A stretch of 64,000 nt of DNA from Anaerolineae bacterium (GTDB taxonomy: Bacteria; Chloroflexota; Anaerolineae; B4-G1; SLSP01), in contig DAOUAQ010000116.1 in assembly GCA_034433375.1 (NCBI GenBank), forward strand, positions 16,442 to 80,441, in the 5' to 3' direction. The notes under the pieces are model-generated. The model was not told the origin of the DNA. It was given only the letters and a program-made list of their open reading frames with translations, and made no database searches. Made by a program: the position numbers and the translations under genes. This document shows, piece by piece, positions 46,701 through 53,943 of this stretch (its first letter is position 1; each line of letters starts with the position of its first letter).

Positions 46701-49454
46701 CCGCTATACTTTGGAAACCCCTTGCTGCCGGGCGTGCAATCGTCCATTGCGTTGCCCCTCAAGAGCCGTGGGCAGGTCAACGGCGTCCTCACCATCGAGA
46801 GCGACCGGCGCTTCGCGTTTACCGGCGAAATCGTCTCGACACTCGAACTTATGGCGACGCAACTGGCGAATATGATCGAAAGCGCCGACCTGTACGACCG
46901 TTCGCAAAGCTCGCTGGCCGAGACGCGGATGCTCTATCGCATCGCGCAGCAGATTACCGACGCGCTCACGGTCGAGAACGTCTTCAAGGCTGCGGTCGAA
47001 GGTATCTCGCAGCGTCCTGAACCGGATTGGATCGTCGCCGCGCAACTCGAACCGCGTCAGTCGCCGACGCACCTGCGCATCGTGTGGTCGTGGAGCCGCG
47101 ACGGCGCGCCCATCCCCTTTGAGGCGTATCCACTCGCTCAGTTCCCTCGGCTGGCGGCCGTGTTGCGAGATGACGAGAGTTATGTCACCCCCGATGTGAC
47201 CCAAGACCCTCAGGTGGACGAATTCTTCCGCACCGTCTTCGGACAACTGGGGCTGCGGGCGATGGCGGCTTTCCAGTTGCGCATCTATGGCGTGCAATAT
47301 GGCGCGGTGATGATTCACAGCCGCAAAGCGCGGGAGTTTTCCAACACGGAATTGCGCTTCTACGAAAACGTATCTCGCCAGGCTTTCGTGGCCTTGCAGA
47401 ACATCAACCTCGTCGAAGAGACGCGCGAGCAGGCGGAACGGCGTGACATCCTCAATGAGGTGCTGCGGACTGCCTCAAGTTCGCTGGACAGGCTCTCGTT
47501 GATGCGCGACGTCGGCAGAGTGATCGCCACCCGTCTTGATCGCCCTCTTATGATGTGGAACTGGGATAATCAACTGCTCACCTCTGTATCGGTGCATGAA
47601 GCAGGGGGAAAGCTGGTCGGAGGCGGCGATATGACGCCACCCTTGACCCGCGTTGACGCTCCTTTGCTCTACCAGGTGATTGATAAGATGGCCCCGGTTT
47701 CCCTTGACTTTGCAGACGACCGTGGCCTGATGCTGAAGCGCACGTTGACTTACTTCAGCCAACCCCTTGTGGAAGGCTACGCAGTGCCGTTGCGGGTGCG
47801 CGGGACGATTTTTGGCATTATGGTTCTGGGACGCCAGGAAGAACATGCTTCCTTCAACGAAGAGATCAAGGACTTCATGCGCACCGCCGGCGTCAACGTC
47901 AGTGTGGCATTGCAGACGGCGGTTCTTTACCAGGAGGCGCAAGACACAGCCATCAAACTCCAGGAAGTTGATAAGCTCAAAAACCAGTTCATGGCGAACA
48001 TGTCCCATGAACTGCGTACCCCGCTCAACTCCATCATCGGGTTCTCACGGGTGATTTTGAAGGGCATTGATGGCCCGTTGACCGAAATGCAAAAGACGGA
48101 TCTGACGGCGATCTACGACAGCGGACGTAACCTGCTGGAATTGATCAACGACATTCTGGACATTTCCAAAATTGACGCCGGTAAGATGGAAATGGTTTTC
48201 GAGCCGACCGATTTGCAGGAAATCGTGCGCGGCGTCGTCACCACGATAGCCGGGCAATTGAAGGGCAGCCCTGTAGAGCTTTTGACGGATCTGCCCGATC
48301 AGTTGCCGGTGGTTCTGGCCGATGGTCGCCGCATTCGCCAGGTGTTGACCAACATGGTGGGCAACGCGGTGAAGTTCACCGAACACGGCTACATCAAGAT
48401 CGCGGCTTCGTATGACAGCTATCAGGTTGTGATGAGCGTCGAAGACACCGGCATCGGCATCCCCTACGATCGTCGTCACGCCGTTTTTGAAAAATTCGAG
48501 CAGGTGGACTCTTCTTCGACGCGGCGTTATGGCGGCACCGGCCTGGGTTTGCCTCTCAGCCGTGAGTTTGTCAGACTCCACGGCGGGGATATGGATTTTG
48601 AGAGCGTCGTTGGCGAAGGCTCGCGGTTCTACTTTTGGATTCCCATCGGCGGGCCGTCCTCCAAACGCGAAGAGGAAGACAAGACTGTACAATCACCTGA
48701 CACCCATACCATTCTCACCGTTGATGATGATGAAGGCGTCATCACCCTCTTCCAGCGTTACCTGGAAAAGCAGGGCTATAAGGTCGCCGGTATGACGACC
48801 GGCGAGGGCGTTGTCGAAACGGCCAAGCGCCTGAAGCCCTATGCCATCACGCTGGATGTGATTATGCCCGGCAAGGACGGCTGGCAGATCATCCAGGAAT
48901 TGCGCGCCGATCCAGAAACCCGCGACATTCCCATAATCGTGTGTTCCATCATGAGTGATGCGGACAAGGGACTGAGCATGGGCGTTGCCGATTACCTGGT
49001 AAAACCGGTCACAGAGCAGGATTTGCTCGACGCGCTCGTGCATCTGGAGCATCCAGGTGCCGCAGGTCATGTGTTGATCGTGGATGATAACGCGGATGAC
49101 CGTAAACTGCTGCGGCGCATCCTTGAAGATGCCGGCTACAAGGTCGAGGAAGTGACGGGCGGCGCGGAAGCCATCAACGCCATCCATACAAATCCACCCA
49201 ACCTGATCATCTTGGACTTGATGATGCCGGACGTAGATGGCTTTGCGGTCTTGGAGAATCTCAAGATGACGCCGTTGACCCGCGATATTCCCGTGGTCGT
49301 GGTGACGGCTAAAGAATTGGGTAAATCTGAACGTGAGCGCCTGCAACAGCGCGTCGAGGCGTTGCTGCAGAAGGGCCTGTTTGACCAGAACCAATTGCTC
49401 AACGATGTGCTCTCTGCCCTCGAACGTTTGAAGGAGACCAAACACGCGCGCTAA
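40797..49454 (+). CDS. Giant hybrid sensor histidine kinase: PAS, ~11 GAF domains, HisKA, HATPase_c and two receiver (REC) domains
   Basis: The ORF runs 40758..49454, 2898 aa. The likely start is ATG 40797 ('MTMMDTEKSK'). The N-terminal PAS is 'LQSMLDAIPNPIFYKDMAGVYRACNRAFAE'. Many GAF units are present ('LIRQRFNLYYAGIFLVDDSGEWAVLSAGTG', 'LLRERFDLYYVGVFLVDETREWVALRAGTG' and others). The H-box is 'MSHELRTPLNSIIGFS'. The ATPase region is 'VGNAVKFTEHGYIKI...EDTGIGIP...GGTGLGLPLSREFVRLHGG'. REC1 is 'ILTVDDDEGVITLF...AITLDVIMPGKDGW'. REC2 is 'VLIVDDNADDRKLL...LIILDLMMPDVDGF'. Confidence 0.8.
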   Translation: MTMMDTEKSKDHGTQGVGALRQQMTALSRKDGGIFLQSMLDAIPNPIFYKDMAGVYRACNRAFAEDVLGVPGERIIGRTVYDLAESMPQALVETDHPKDLLLLRAAGSDVYETALCYADGIFHDVVIHKTTLAASDGRIDGVVSVLLDVTDFNKSEEKSTMLLELTQAAIAETEVLYHLSSSLIAFDDLTGLLRAVVDGVADMLLANQVILTTVDLEQRKVIHFVKGGVGVAGVAPEMSFDELWNGLSGAALRSLKPILSTKSTPDPRESPEIQRQLGEASIGSVVVVPLRYQERTLGTLAAVNRLEDPDFTKKDVSLMVAMANQVAAAVESGHLFAKLQHTATTMSTAAEISQASSSILDLDELLPQAVDLIRQRFNLYYAGIFLVDDSGEWAVLSAGTGAAGRAMLAEEYRVKVGGESLIGACVATASPCMAQDTTSAQRRMALVYLPHTQSELALPMISRDATIGAMTVQSVLAGAFTAEDVTALQIMANQLANAIQNIRLLEKVRTSLAETEALYQTARAISGARSFEDILEGLFDTITFMPLSEAVLHVIVARDPLKVNSYTTTRVGGERQTHVTYTTSVDDVAPLLDDPQQFVFYGDPKDEDAAIPEPARARMAQMGYRSTLTTGLTAHGELVGFLTFSSAASQHIIAARAVQGAVRALADQIGVVLDNFLLGEQTRLRAEQLETLSVIESALSETNTEAEILDVFVLAVRATATLTAWLVYTDSAADGVVTTQIVASWHNGAIQPADPLLNRSLSPNTFPMSRLWMGDLDQISYTYDLHQDSPIDARAREWAIEHGFVSVMVLPMLSGGHLQGVIVLNWAEPYVLSSTEQFLLRRLVRPTVALLSRRRAYLAEEAARAENERRAMQFQTAAEVAHAASSIIDLDELLPHAVNLLRERFDLYYVGVFLVDETREWVALRAGTGEAGRIMLERQHGFTVGGGSMIGRCVAEATPQIPESVDTAVRYVNPLLPNTTAEIALPLVSRNQMIGAMSIQSSKVRAFSETDITILQTVADQLANAIQNARLFDQLNTSLTESEMQTEVSLAINEAQSVEEIVRAAAQVGEFIGMAGVSLRHFTRWDEAGRPVSQDVYSLLTREAGEEFRVMENIVINQELLVWILADTRRMHVSRDLVTDMALPEAIRASLLAQGYNSMICTPLGTRNRLLGFLVLFDTRPVEEFPARYIQVFVRTLIDQVSTGLDRYTLLRESERRAARMETASGIARHAASILDQETLLSEVAGLIRERFNLYHVGMYMVDDSGQWAVLHAASGDIGRALLAQGQRLQVGAGSLVGACVSAAAPYSVLNLDEASRRLYADAVTATGSAIVLPLISQNVVIGAVAMHSQEAAAYSKEDITIFQTMADQLATAIGNARLFAQSQTSLEELQRVQQRYAVEMWDGYVEQRDVFGYTYDLNEVAPLPVEQSSAPADLWGGKLFMRSGEEDGDGALLVAPFDVRSEPVGFLSFEEPGASRTWTEDNVAVIEAVREQLALALENRLLIDQSQNALREARQREREVRFLQGVAAFLNATESIVASQNELREHLQAFIPVDSLSITGYDANRMLHFLGEQTGNVLNLENWAGVELGKGTGYTLAAETGEPLLHDDIRQTPRFWEDEHLIVAGMVARAVMPLRLGARILGTLNLESRQPGTFSRPELMPILSQVTAQVASAMERANLLQRAQESAGESRTLYEATSALAEATSYETVLRAIVGHTILSEYAWAEIAMFIVDPETGAEQSLLEVVSSWSSQSSLAPLEVGRRMSVAEFPALQRLAPGQQLYICEDINMALDMDPSVRNFYLEQGVQAFVMARLSAVGVTSGGGIGVLQIRFSEPYHPSEQDVRLYNNIADQAAVVLSNQKLLRLSEARTEQLTAAVDFANLATALSEREDLLKRSVDFFKTRFGFYYVGISMLDEQGEWAVLQAGTGDVAETLLRMGTRVRVNASSMVGWSIVNDRPRIAQDVTRDPLYFGNPLLPGVQSSIALPLKSRGQVNGVLTIESDRRFAFTGEIVSTLELMATQLANMIESADLYDRSQSSLAETRMLYRIAQQITDALTVENVFKAAVEGISQRPEPDWIVAAQLEPRQSPTHLRIVWSWSRDGAPIPFEAYPLAQFPRLAAVLRDDESYVTPDVTQDPQVDEFFRTVFGQLGLRAMAAFQLRIYGVQYGAVMIHSRKAREFSNTELRFYENVSRQAFVALQNINLVEETREQAERRDILNEVLRTASSSLDRLSLMRDVGRVIATRLDRPLMMWNWDNQLLTSVSVHEAGGKLVGGGDMTPPLTRVDAPLLYQVIDKMAPVSLDFADDRGLMLKRTLTYFSQPLVEGYAVPLRVRGTIFGIMVLGRQEEHASFNEEIKDFMRTAGVNVSVALQTAVLYQEAQDTAIKLQEVDKLKNQFMANMSHELRTPLNSIIGFSRVILKGIDGPLTEMQKTDLTAIYDSGRNLLELINDILDISKIDAGKMEMVFEPTDLQEIVRGVVTTIAGQLKGSPVELLTDLPDQLPVVLADGRRIRQVLTNMVGNAVKFTEHGYIKIAASYDSYQVVMSVEDTGIGIPYDRRHAVFEKFEQVDSSSTRRYGGTGLGLPLSREFVRLHGGDMDFESVVGEGSRFYFWIPIGGPSSKREEEDKTVQSPDTHTILTVDDDEGVITLFQRYLEKQGYKVAGMTTGEGVVETAKRLKPYAITLDVIMPGKDGWQIIQELRADPETRDIPIIVCSIMSDADKGLSMGVADYLVKPVTEQDLLDALVHLEHPGAAGHVLIVDDNADDRKLLRRILEDAGYKVEEVTGGAEAINAIHTNPPNLIILDLMMPDVDGFAVLENLKMTPLTRDIPVVVVTAKELGKSERERLQQRVEALLQKGLFDQNQLLNDVLSALERLKETKHAR

Positions 49455-49468
49455 ACTGGATGAATTGC

Positions 49469-49496
49469 TTGACAGTTTATCTCTCAGGTGTACAAT
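49469..49496 (+). promoter_or_regulatory. Candidate sigma70-like promoter for the ferredoxin gene (TTGACA-N16-TACAAT)
   Basis: TTGACA lies at 49469-49474 and TACAAT at 49491-49496. RBS AGGAGG at 49544-49549 precedes ATG 49559. Confidence 0.45.
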
Positions 49497-49558
49497 AAAA
49501 TCCGTTAATCAAGAGTATTTCCTATTCTATACCACTTTTTTGAACAGGAGGTTGTGCT

Positions 49559-49819
49559 ATGGCTTACGTAATTACCGACATTTGTGAGCGCGCTGGCGTT
49601 TGTGTTGATGTATGTCCCACGGACTCGATTCATGCTGTAGAAGGCGACGTCAAGTGGCCTACATACTACATCAACCCTGATTCTTGCATTAACTGTGGCG
49701 CGTGCGCTGCGGAATGCCCCAACGAGGCCATCTTCGACGAGGCTGACGCTGAGGCCGCCGATTTCGTGCAGAAGAACGCCGATTTCTTCACCAAAGGCCC
49801 CGGCAAAGATCTGATATAA
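49559..49819 (+). CDS. Small 4Fe-4S ferredoxin
   Basis: 86 aa. Cys motifs are 'CERAGVCVDVCP' and 'CINCGACAAECP'. A strong RBS is present. Confidence 0.8.
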   Translation: MAYVITDICERAGVCVDVCPTDSIHAVEGDVKWPTYYINPDSCINCGACAAECPNEAIFDEADAEAADFVQKNADFFTKGPGKDLI

Positions 49820-49856
49820 GCAATTCTACCTGAGTTGCCGATACTCTGGAACGTGA

Positions 49857-49889
49857 AACGTGAAACGTAAAAACTACGTTTCACGTTTT
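49857..49889 (+). terminator. Rho-independent terminator-like hairpin after the ferredoxin gene (12-bp perfect stem plus TTTT)
   Basis: 'aacgtgaaacgt' (49857-49868) pairs with 'acgtttcacgtt' (49876-49887). The loop is 'aaaaact'. The stem is followed by T's to 49889. Confidence 0.6.
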
Positions 49890-49891
49890 GC

Positions 49892-50989
49892 TTATATGAT
49901 GTAGATAGGGCTTGAAAAGATCCACCCTACTTTTCGCCCTTGAAACTGGCGATACACCTCGACGCGATGAATGCCCGGCTCTGCCGACGTGTGCCGCAAT
50001 TGCGTTCCCTGCACTTGCAGAATACGTTTCCCATCCCGTAACAAGTGGATTTCCCCTTCCGCCGGCAGATCAATCTCGATGTTGCTGGCCCCCAACCGGC
50101 GCAACTCTTCGCCCATCGTGGCCTGCGCCGCGCCGCTCCGGGCGACGAAGCGAAATCCGCGCGTGGGGTGGGGGAGATCGTAGCCGACCCAGGTGCGCCC
50201 CGCTCGCAGCGCTTCGTAGATCAGGGCTTTGTCAGCCGTCACCTCACCCGACAAGGCGTTTCGAGTCAAAATGTGTGTGTTGACGCAACGGAAAAGGTAC
50301 TCGTAAGGCAGCCCCGCATGGCCGAACAACCGCCATTTCTGGGACGGGCCATGCGCATTGGCGCCCCCTAGCGCCGCGAGTCGCTGCCCGTTGCGGAGCA
50401 GTTCATCCCACAAGCGCAGTGTGGCCTTGTGCGGCCCCAGTATCCCCCATGCGGGACGCCGGGCGTAAATTGCGGCGACCCATCTTGCCCACAGCAAGCC
50501 TTTGAACTCTGACATATAATCCCACAATTCTATGCCGGTGATCCCCTGCATAGGCCAGTCAACCCAGGGCATTGCTCGCCAATCCGGTTTCAGCCGGCTG
50601 CGCCGATCCATGGGATGTGCGATGTAGCAAAATCCGCCTCGCGCCTGGATGGTTTGGATGAGCGTCTGCGTACTGCCGAAGGAGTACGGCGCGACCTCCT
50701 GTTCCGTCCCGTAGACGAGGAGATGGCTAACCGGGGGATGGCGGCAGACGTTGTGGACTTCTTCTCCCACCAACAGCAGCGTCCGCCCATAATAGCCCTC
50801 CAGACCATTGGCATGGAGATTGTGATCCGTAACGATGACGAAATTGAGGCTCGTGGCGGCGGCTGCCTCGGCAATCTCCTTGTGCGCGGCTGCTCCATCG
50901 GAGTACACCGAATGAACGTGTGGGTTGCCGATATATTCACGGTAGGTTTCCATAGCTTGAAATGTTATCGGGAACGTTGGATTTGTCAA
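49892..50989 (-). CDS. Stand-alone PHP-domain metal-dependent phosphoesterase
   Basis: 365-aa ORF. The alternative start 'METYREY' is 12 codons downstream of the first Met. PHP motifs are 'NPHVHSVYSDG' and 'FVIVTDHN'. Confidence 0.6.
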   Translation of the reverse strand: MTNPTFPITFQAMETYREYIGNPHVHSVYSDGAAAHKEIAEAAAATSLNFVIVTDHNLHANGLEGYYGRTLLLVGEEVHNVCRHPPVSHLLVYGTEQEVAPYSFGSTQTLIQTIQARGGFCYIAHPMDRRSRLKPDWRAMPWVDWPMQGITGIELWDYMSEFKGLLWARWVAAIYARRPAWGILGPHKATLRLWDELLRNGQRLAALGGANAHGPSQKWRLFGHAGLPYEYLFRCVNTHILTRNALSGEVTADKALIYEALRAGRTWVGYDLPHPTRGFRFVARSGAAQATMGEELRRLGASNIEIDLPAEGEIHLLRDGKRILQVQGTQLRHTSAEPGIHRVEVYRQFQGRKVGWIFSSPIYII

Positions 50990-51056
50990 ACCAACAGGTG
51001 TTCTGCTAAATCAAAAACAAATTTTAAGGTTGATGGAGAAATTTGTTGCGGAAAAT

Positions 51057-51085
51057 TTGCACCTTCTGTCGAACGTGTTTATAAT
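51057..51085 (+). promoter_or_regulatory. Candidate promoter for the PolX gene (TTGCAC-N17-TATAAT)
   Basis: TTGCAC lies at 51057-51062 and TATAAT at 51080-51085, in an AT-rich intergenic region ~50 nt upstream of ATG 51138. Confidence 0.35.
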
Positions 51086-51137
51086 AAAAGTGCGACACTC
51101 TAGTATGCGCTGTGACTGACACGAAAGGCAGGCGACC

Positions 51138-52913
51138 ATGAGCGAGCAGAGCAGAGAATTAGCCGCGATTTTCGAAGCGATTGCCAACGGGCTGGATATC
51201 CAGGGTGAGAACTATCATCGTATTCTGGCTTACCGGCGCGCCGCAGACAATCTGCGCGCTTTGGGTGAACCGTTGGAACAGGTCTGGCAGGAGGGGCGGC
51301 TGGACTCTATCCCCGGCATCGGTGAGATTCTGGCGGCCAAGATTGACGAATATCTGCGCACCGGGGAGGTGAAGGCATTCACGAAGCTCCAGGATCAAAT
51401 CCCGCTAGGACTGCTGACCATCCTGAAAATTCCAGGGATGGGACCCCGGCGCACCCGGCTGTTGTGGCAGGAACTCGGTATCACCTCCGTTGAGGACCTG
51501 GAAGGGGCTGCCAGCGCCGGACAATTGCACCACGTCAAGGGCATTGGTCCGGCGACGGAGCAGAAGATTCTGGAGGGCATCCGCGCCTGGCAACGCCAGA
51601 GCGGCGAGCGCATCCCGCTGGGCGTCGCCTGGCCCCTGGTGACAGAAATCCTCAACGCGCTGCGCGAGGTTCCCGGCGTCCACGCGGCTGAACCGGTGGG
51701 CAGCCTGCGCCGTATGCGCGAAACCCTCGGCGACCTGGACTTGCTGGCTGCCGCGGATGCCCCGGAGCCGGTGATGACCTGCTTCCGCACACTACCGATG
51801 GTTGAGGAAGTGCTGTCAGCCGGAACGACCCGCTCTGCCATCCGCACCATTGACGGGATACAGGTTGATCTGCGCGTCGTGCCACCGGAGCGTTGGGGAT
51901 CGGCGTTGTATTATTTCACTGGCAGCCAGGCGCATACCTTGCACATACGCGCACTGGCGCGCGAACGCGGACTGGCGCCCAACGAATACGGCTTCCGCCG
52001 TCTTGCCGACGAAACTGCCTCCGGCGAAATCTGTGTGCCGGGCGCGCCGGAAATCGTCTGCGCCGACGAGGCGTGTGTCTACGCGACCGTGGGCCTGCCG
52101 TGGATACCGCCGGAATTGCGCGAGGATCGCGGCGAGATTGCGGCGGCGCAGGAAGGCAGCCTGCCGCACCTCATAACGCGCCGCGACCTTTTGGGTGATT
52201 TCCAATGCCACACGACATTCTCGGATGGCGACTGTAGCCTGGCAGAGATGGCGCAGGCGGCTCACGCAGCCGGGCTGCGCTACATCGTGGTGAGCGACCA
52301 GGCCGGGCGCGATGGTGTGCAGCGTGACGCGATCCCTCAAGTTCTGGCCGAAATCGCGCGGGTCAACCGGTTGTTCGACGGGAATTTTCGTGTGATTGCG
52401 GGCGTCGAGGTCGGCATCCAGCCCGACGGTGCGCTGGATTGGCCGGATGAAGCGTTGGCGCAGATGGAATTCGTCATCGCGTCTTTCCATACCGACTTTG
52501 GACTTCCTCAGGCCCAGATGACCGGGCGGCTGCTCGCGGCAATGCGCAACCCTTACGTGGATATGATCGGCCATCCTAGAGGTCGCTGGCTCGGAAAACG
52601 AGAGAGTGTTGATCTGGATATGGAAGCCGTCTTCAAAGCGGCATTGGACTACAACGTGACGCTTGAGGTGAACGCCTGGCCCCAACGTCTTGACCTGAAC
52701 GACACTGATGTGCGGCGGGCGGTGACATTGGGCGTTCCGTTGGCGATCAGCTCCTCAGCCCATGACCAAGACGGATTTGCTGTATTGGAGTACGGTGTGG
52801 CGATGGCGCGCCGAGGTTGGGCTGAACCGCATCATCTGCTGAACACACTCTCAGCAGATGACATCCTTGACCGGCGTAAACGACGCTTGCGCCAGCGCAG
52901 TATGGAGGTGTAG
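51138..52913 (+). CDS. polX: Family X DNA polymerase (PolX) with C-terminal PHP domain
   Basis: 591 aa. HhH motifs are 'IPGIGEILAAKI' and 'IPGMGPRRTRLLWQELGITSVEDL'. The pol-beta nucleotidyltransferase motif is 'VGSLRRMRETLGDLDLL'. The C-terminal PHP region is 'FQCHTTFSDGDCSL...HTDFGLP'. Confidence 0.75.
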   Translation: MSEQSRELAAIFEAIANGLDIQGENYHRILAYRRAADNLRALGEPLEQVWQEGRLDSIPGIGEILAAKIDEYLRTGEVKAFTKLQDQIPLGLLTILKIPGMGPRRTRLLWQELGITSVEDLEGAASAGQLHHVKGIGPATEQKILEGIRAWQRQSGERIPLGVAWPLVTEILNALREVPGVHAAEPVGSLRRMRETLGDLDLLAAADAPEPVMTCFRTLPMVEEVLSAGTTRSAIRTIDGIQVDLRVVPPERWGSALYYFTGSQAHTLHIRALARERGLAPNEYGFRRLADETASGEICVPGAPEIVCADEACVYATVGLPWIPPELREDRGEIAAAQEGSLPHLITRRDLLGDFQCHTTFSDGDCSLAEMAQAAHAAGLRYIVVSDQAGRDGVQRDAIPQVLAEIARVNRLFDGNFRVIAGVEVGIQPDGALDWPDEALAQMEFVIASFHTDFGLPQAQMTGRLLAAMRNPYVDMIGHPRGRWLGKRESVDLDMEAVFKAALDYNVTLEVNAWPQRLDLNDTDVRRAVTLGVPLAISSSAHDQDGFAVLEYGVAMARRGWAEPHHLLNTLSADDILDRRKRRLRQRSMEV

Positions 52914-52916
52914 AAG

Positions 52917-53873
52917 ATGCCCTTGCGTTTTATCGCTGTCGTCTTGAACAGGACTGACCTTCAGGCAACCCGCTATACGATTGACGGCGTGCAGGAAGCG
53001 CGGGTGTCGCTGCGCAATGACGCTTATGATGGCCCGGAGGCCGGGCTGCGCCGGATACGCTCCGCCATTCGCCAGGTATGGCCGCTGCAAGATCAGATTA
53101 CGGCGGTCGGCCTGTCGGCGCCAGGATTGGTGGATTACAGGCGCGGCGTGTTGCGTTCGCTTCCGGGATTTCCCGCATGGGTGGATGTCCCTCTGCGTGA
53201 GACTCTGGTTGAAGCGTTGGGCGTGCCTGTGTTCGTCGGGAAAGCTGCGGACACCGCCGCATTGGGCGAGCATCGTTTTGGCGCGGGCCGCGACGTTGAC
53301 GATCTGGTTTACCTGGCCGTGAACGAGAGCCTGGAATACGGGACGATTTATCACAACCAGCTTTTCACCGGCGGCAATGGCCTGGGCGGCGAGTTGGGCT
53401 TCGTCGCGGTCGAAATGCCAGGGGCGCAGTCGGCAAATCCCGATATGACCTACCTGGAGACATTGATCTCCGGCGAGGCGGTGCTGCGGCGCGCTCGTGA
53501 GCGAATGGTGGGCGGGGCAGCCTCATCGCTGGCAGAAGAATTCGGTTTTGATCCTGTCGTCTTGACCGCCGAAGCGGTATGCGTGGCGGCGCGGCAGGGC
53601 GATGCCCTGGCTCAGGCGACCTTGCAGGAGACCGGCGTCTATCTGGGATTGATGATGGTCAGTCTGATGCGCATAGTGAACCCTTCATTGTTCGTGCTCG
53701 ATGGACTGGTGCGCCTGGCGGGCGACGCGCTGCTCGATCCGCTGCGCAAAGTGATCGCTGCTCGCGCCCCGACTATCTATCGCGAACATACCCGCATCGC
53801 TCTGGCGCAATTGGGAAACGATGTTAGACTGTGGGGCGCATTGGCGTTGTGTCTGACTGAACTGGGTCTATAA
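52917..53873 (+). CDS. ROK-family-like sugar kinase/regulator homolog; the zinc-binding Cys motif appears absent
   Basis: 318 aa. It starts 4 nt after the polX stop. The motif 'YLAVNESLEYGTIYHNQLFTGGNGLGGELGFVAV' resembles the ROK signature. No CxCGxxGC-type motif is seen. Confidence 0.45.
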   Translation: MPLRFIAVVLNRTDLQATRYTIDGVQEARVSLRNDAYDGPEAGLRRIRSAIRQVWPLQDQITAVGLSAPGLVDYRRGVLRSLPGFPAWVDVPLRETLVEALGVPVFVGKAADTAALGEHRFGAGRDVDDLVYLAVNESLEYGTIYHNQLFTGGNGLGGELGFVAVEMPGAQSANPDMTYLETLISGEAVLRRARERMVGGAASSLAEEFGFDPVVLTAEAVCVAARQGDALAQATLQETGVYLGLMMVSLMRIVNPSLFVLDGLVRLAGDALLDPLRKVIAARAPTIYREHTRIALAQLGNDVRLWGALALCLTELGL

Positions 53874-53880
53874 GCATAAA

Positions 53881-53929
53881 ACGTAAAGCATAAAACGCGA
53901 GGTGTACCCTTACGTTTTACGCTTTACGT
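53881..53929. repeat. Imperfect 17-bp-arm inverted repeat with 15-nt loop, built from AAAACGTAAAG units
   Basis: 'acgtaaagcataaaacg' (53881-53897) pairs with 'cgttttacgctttacgt' (53913-53929), with 1 mismatch. It lies in the ROK-VanW intergenic region. Confidence 0.5.
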
Positions 53930-53943
53930 CATAGGAAACGATA

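Noticed and set aside
1-49454. Possibility that the repeated GAF genes are mobile-element or IS-associated repeats
   Set aside because: No transposase, integrase or recombinase motifs are present. No terminal inverted repeats flank the units. Similarity is at protein-family level (~30-70%) with diverged N-termini. It is consistent with gene-family expansion and not mobile DNA.
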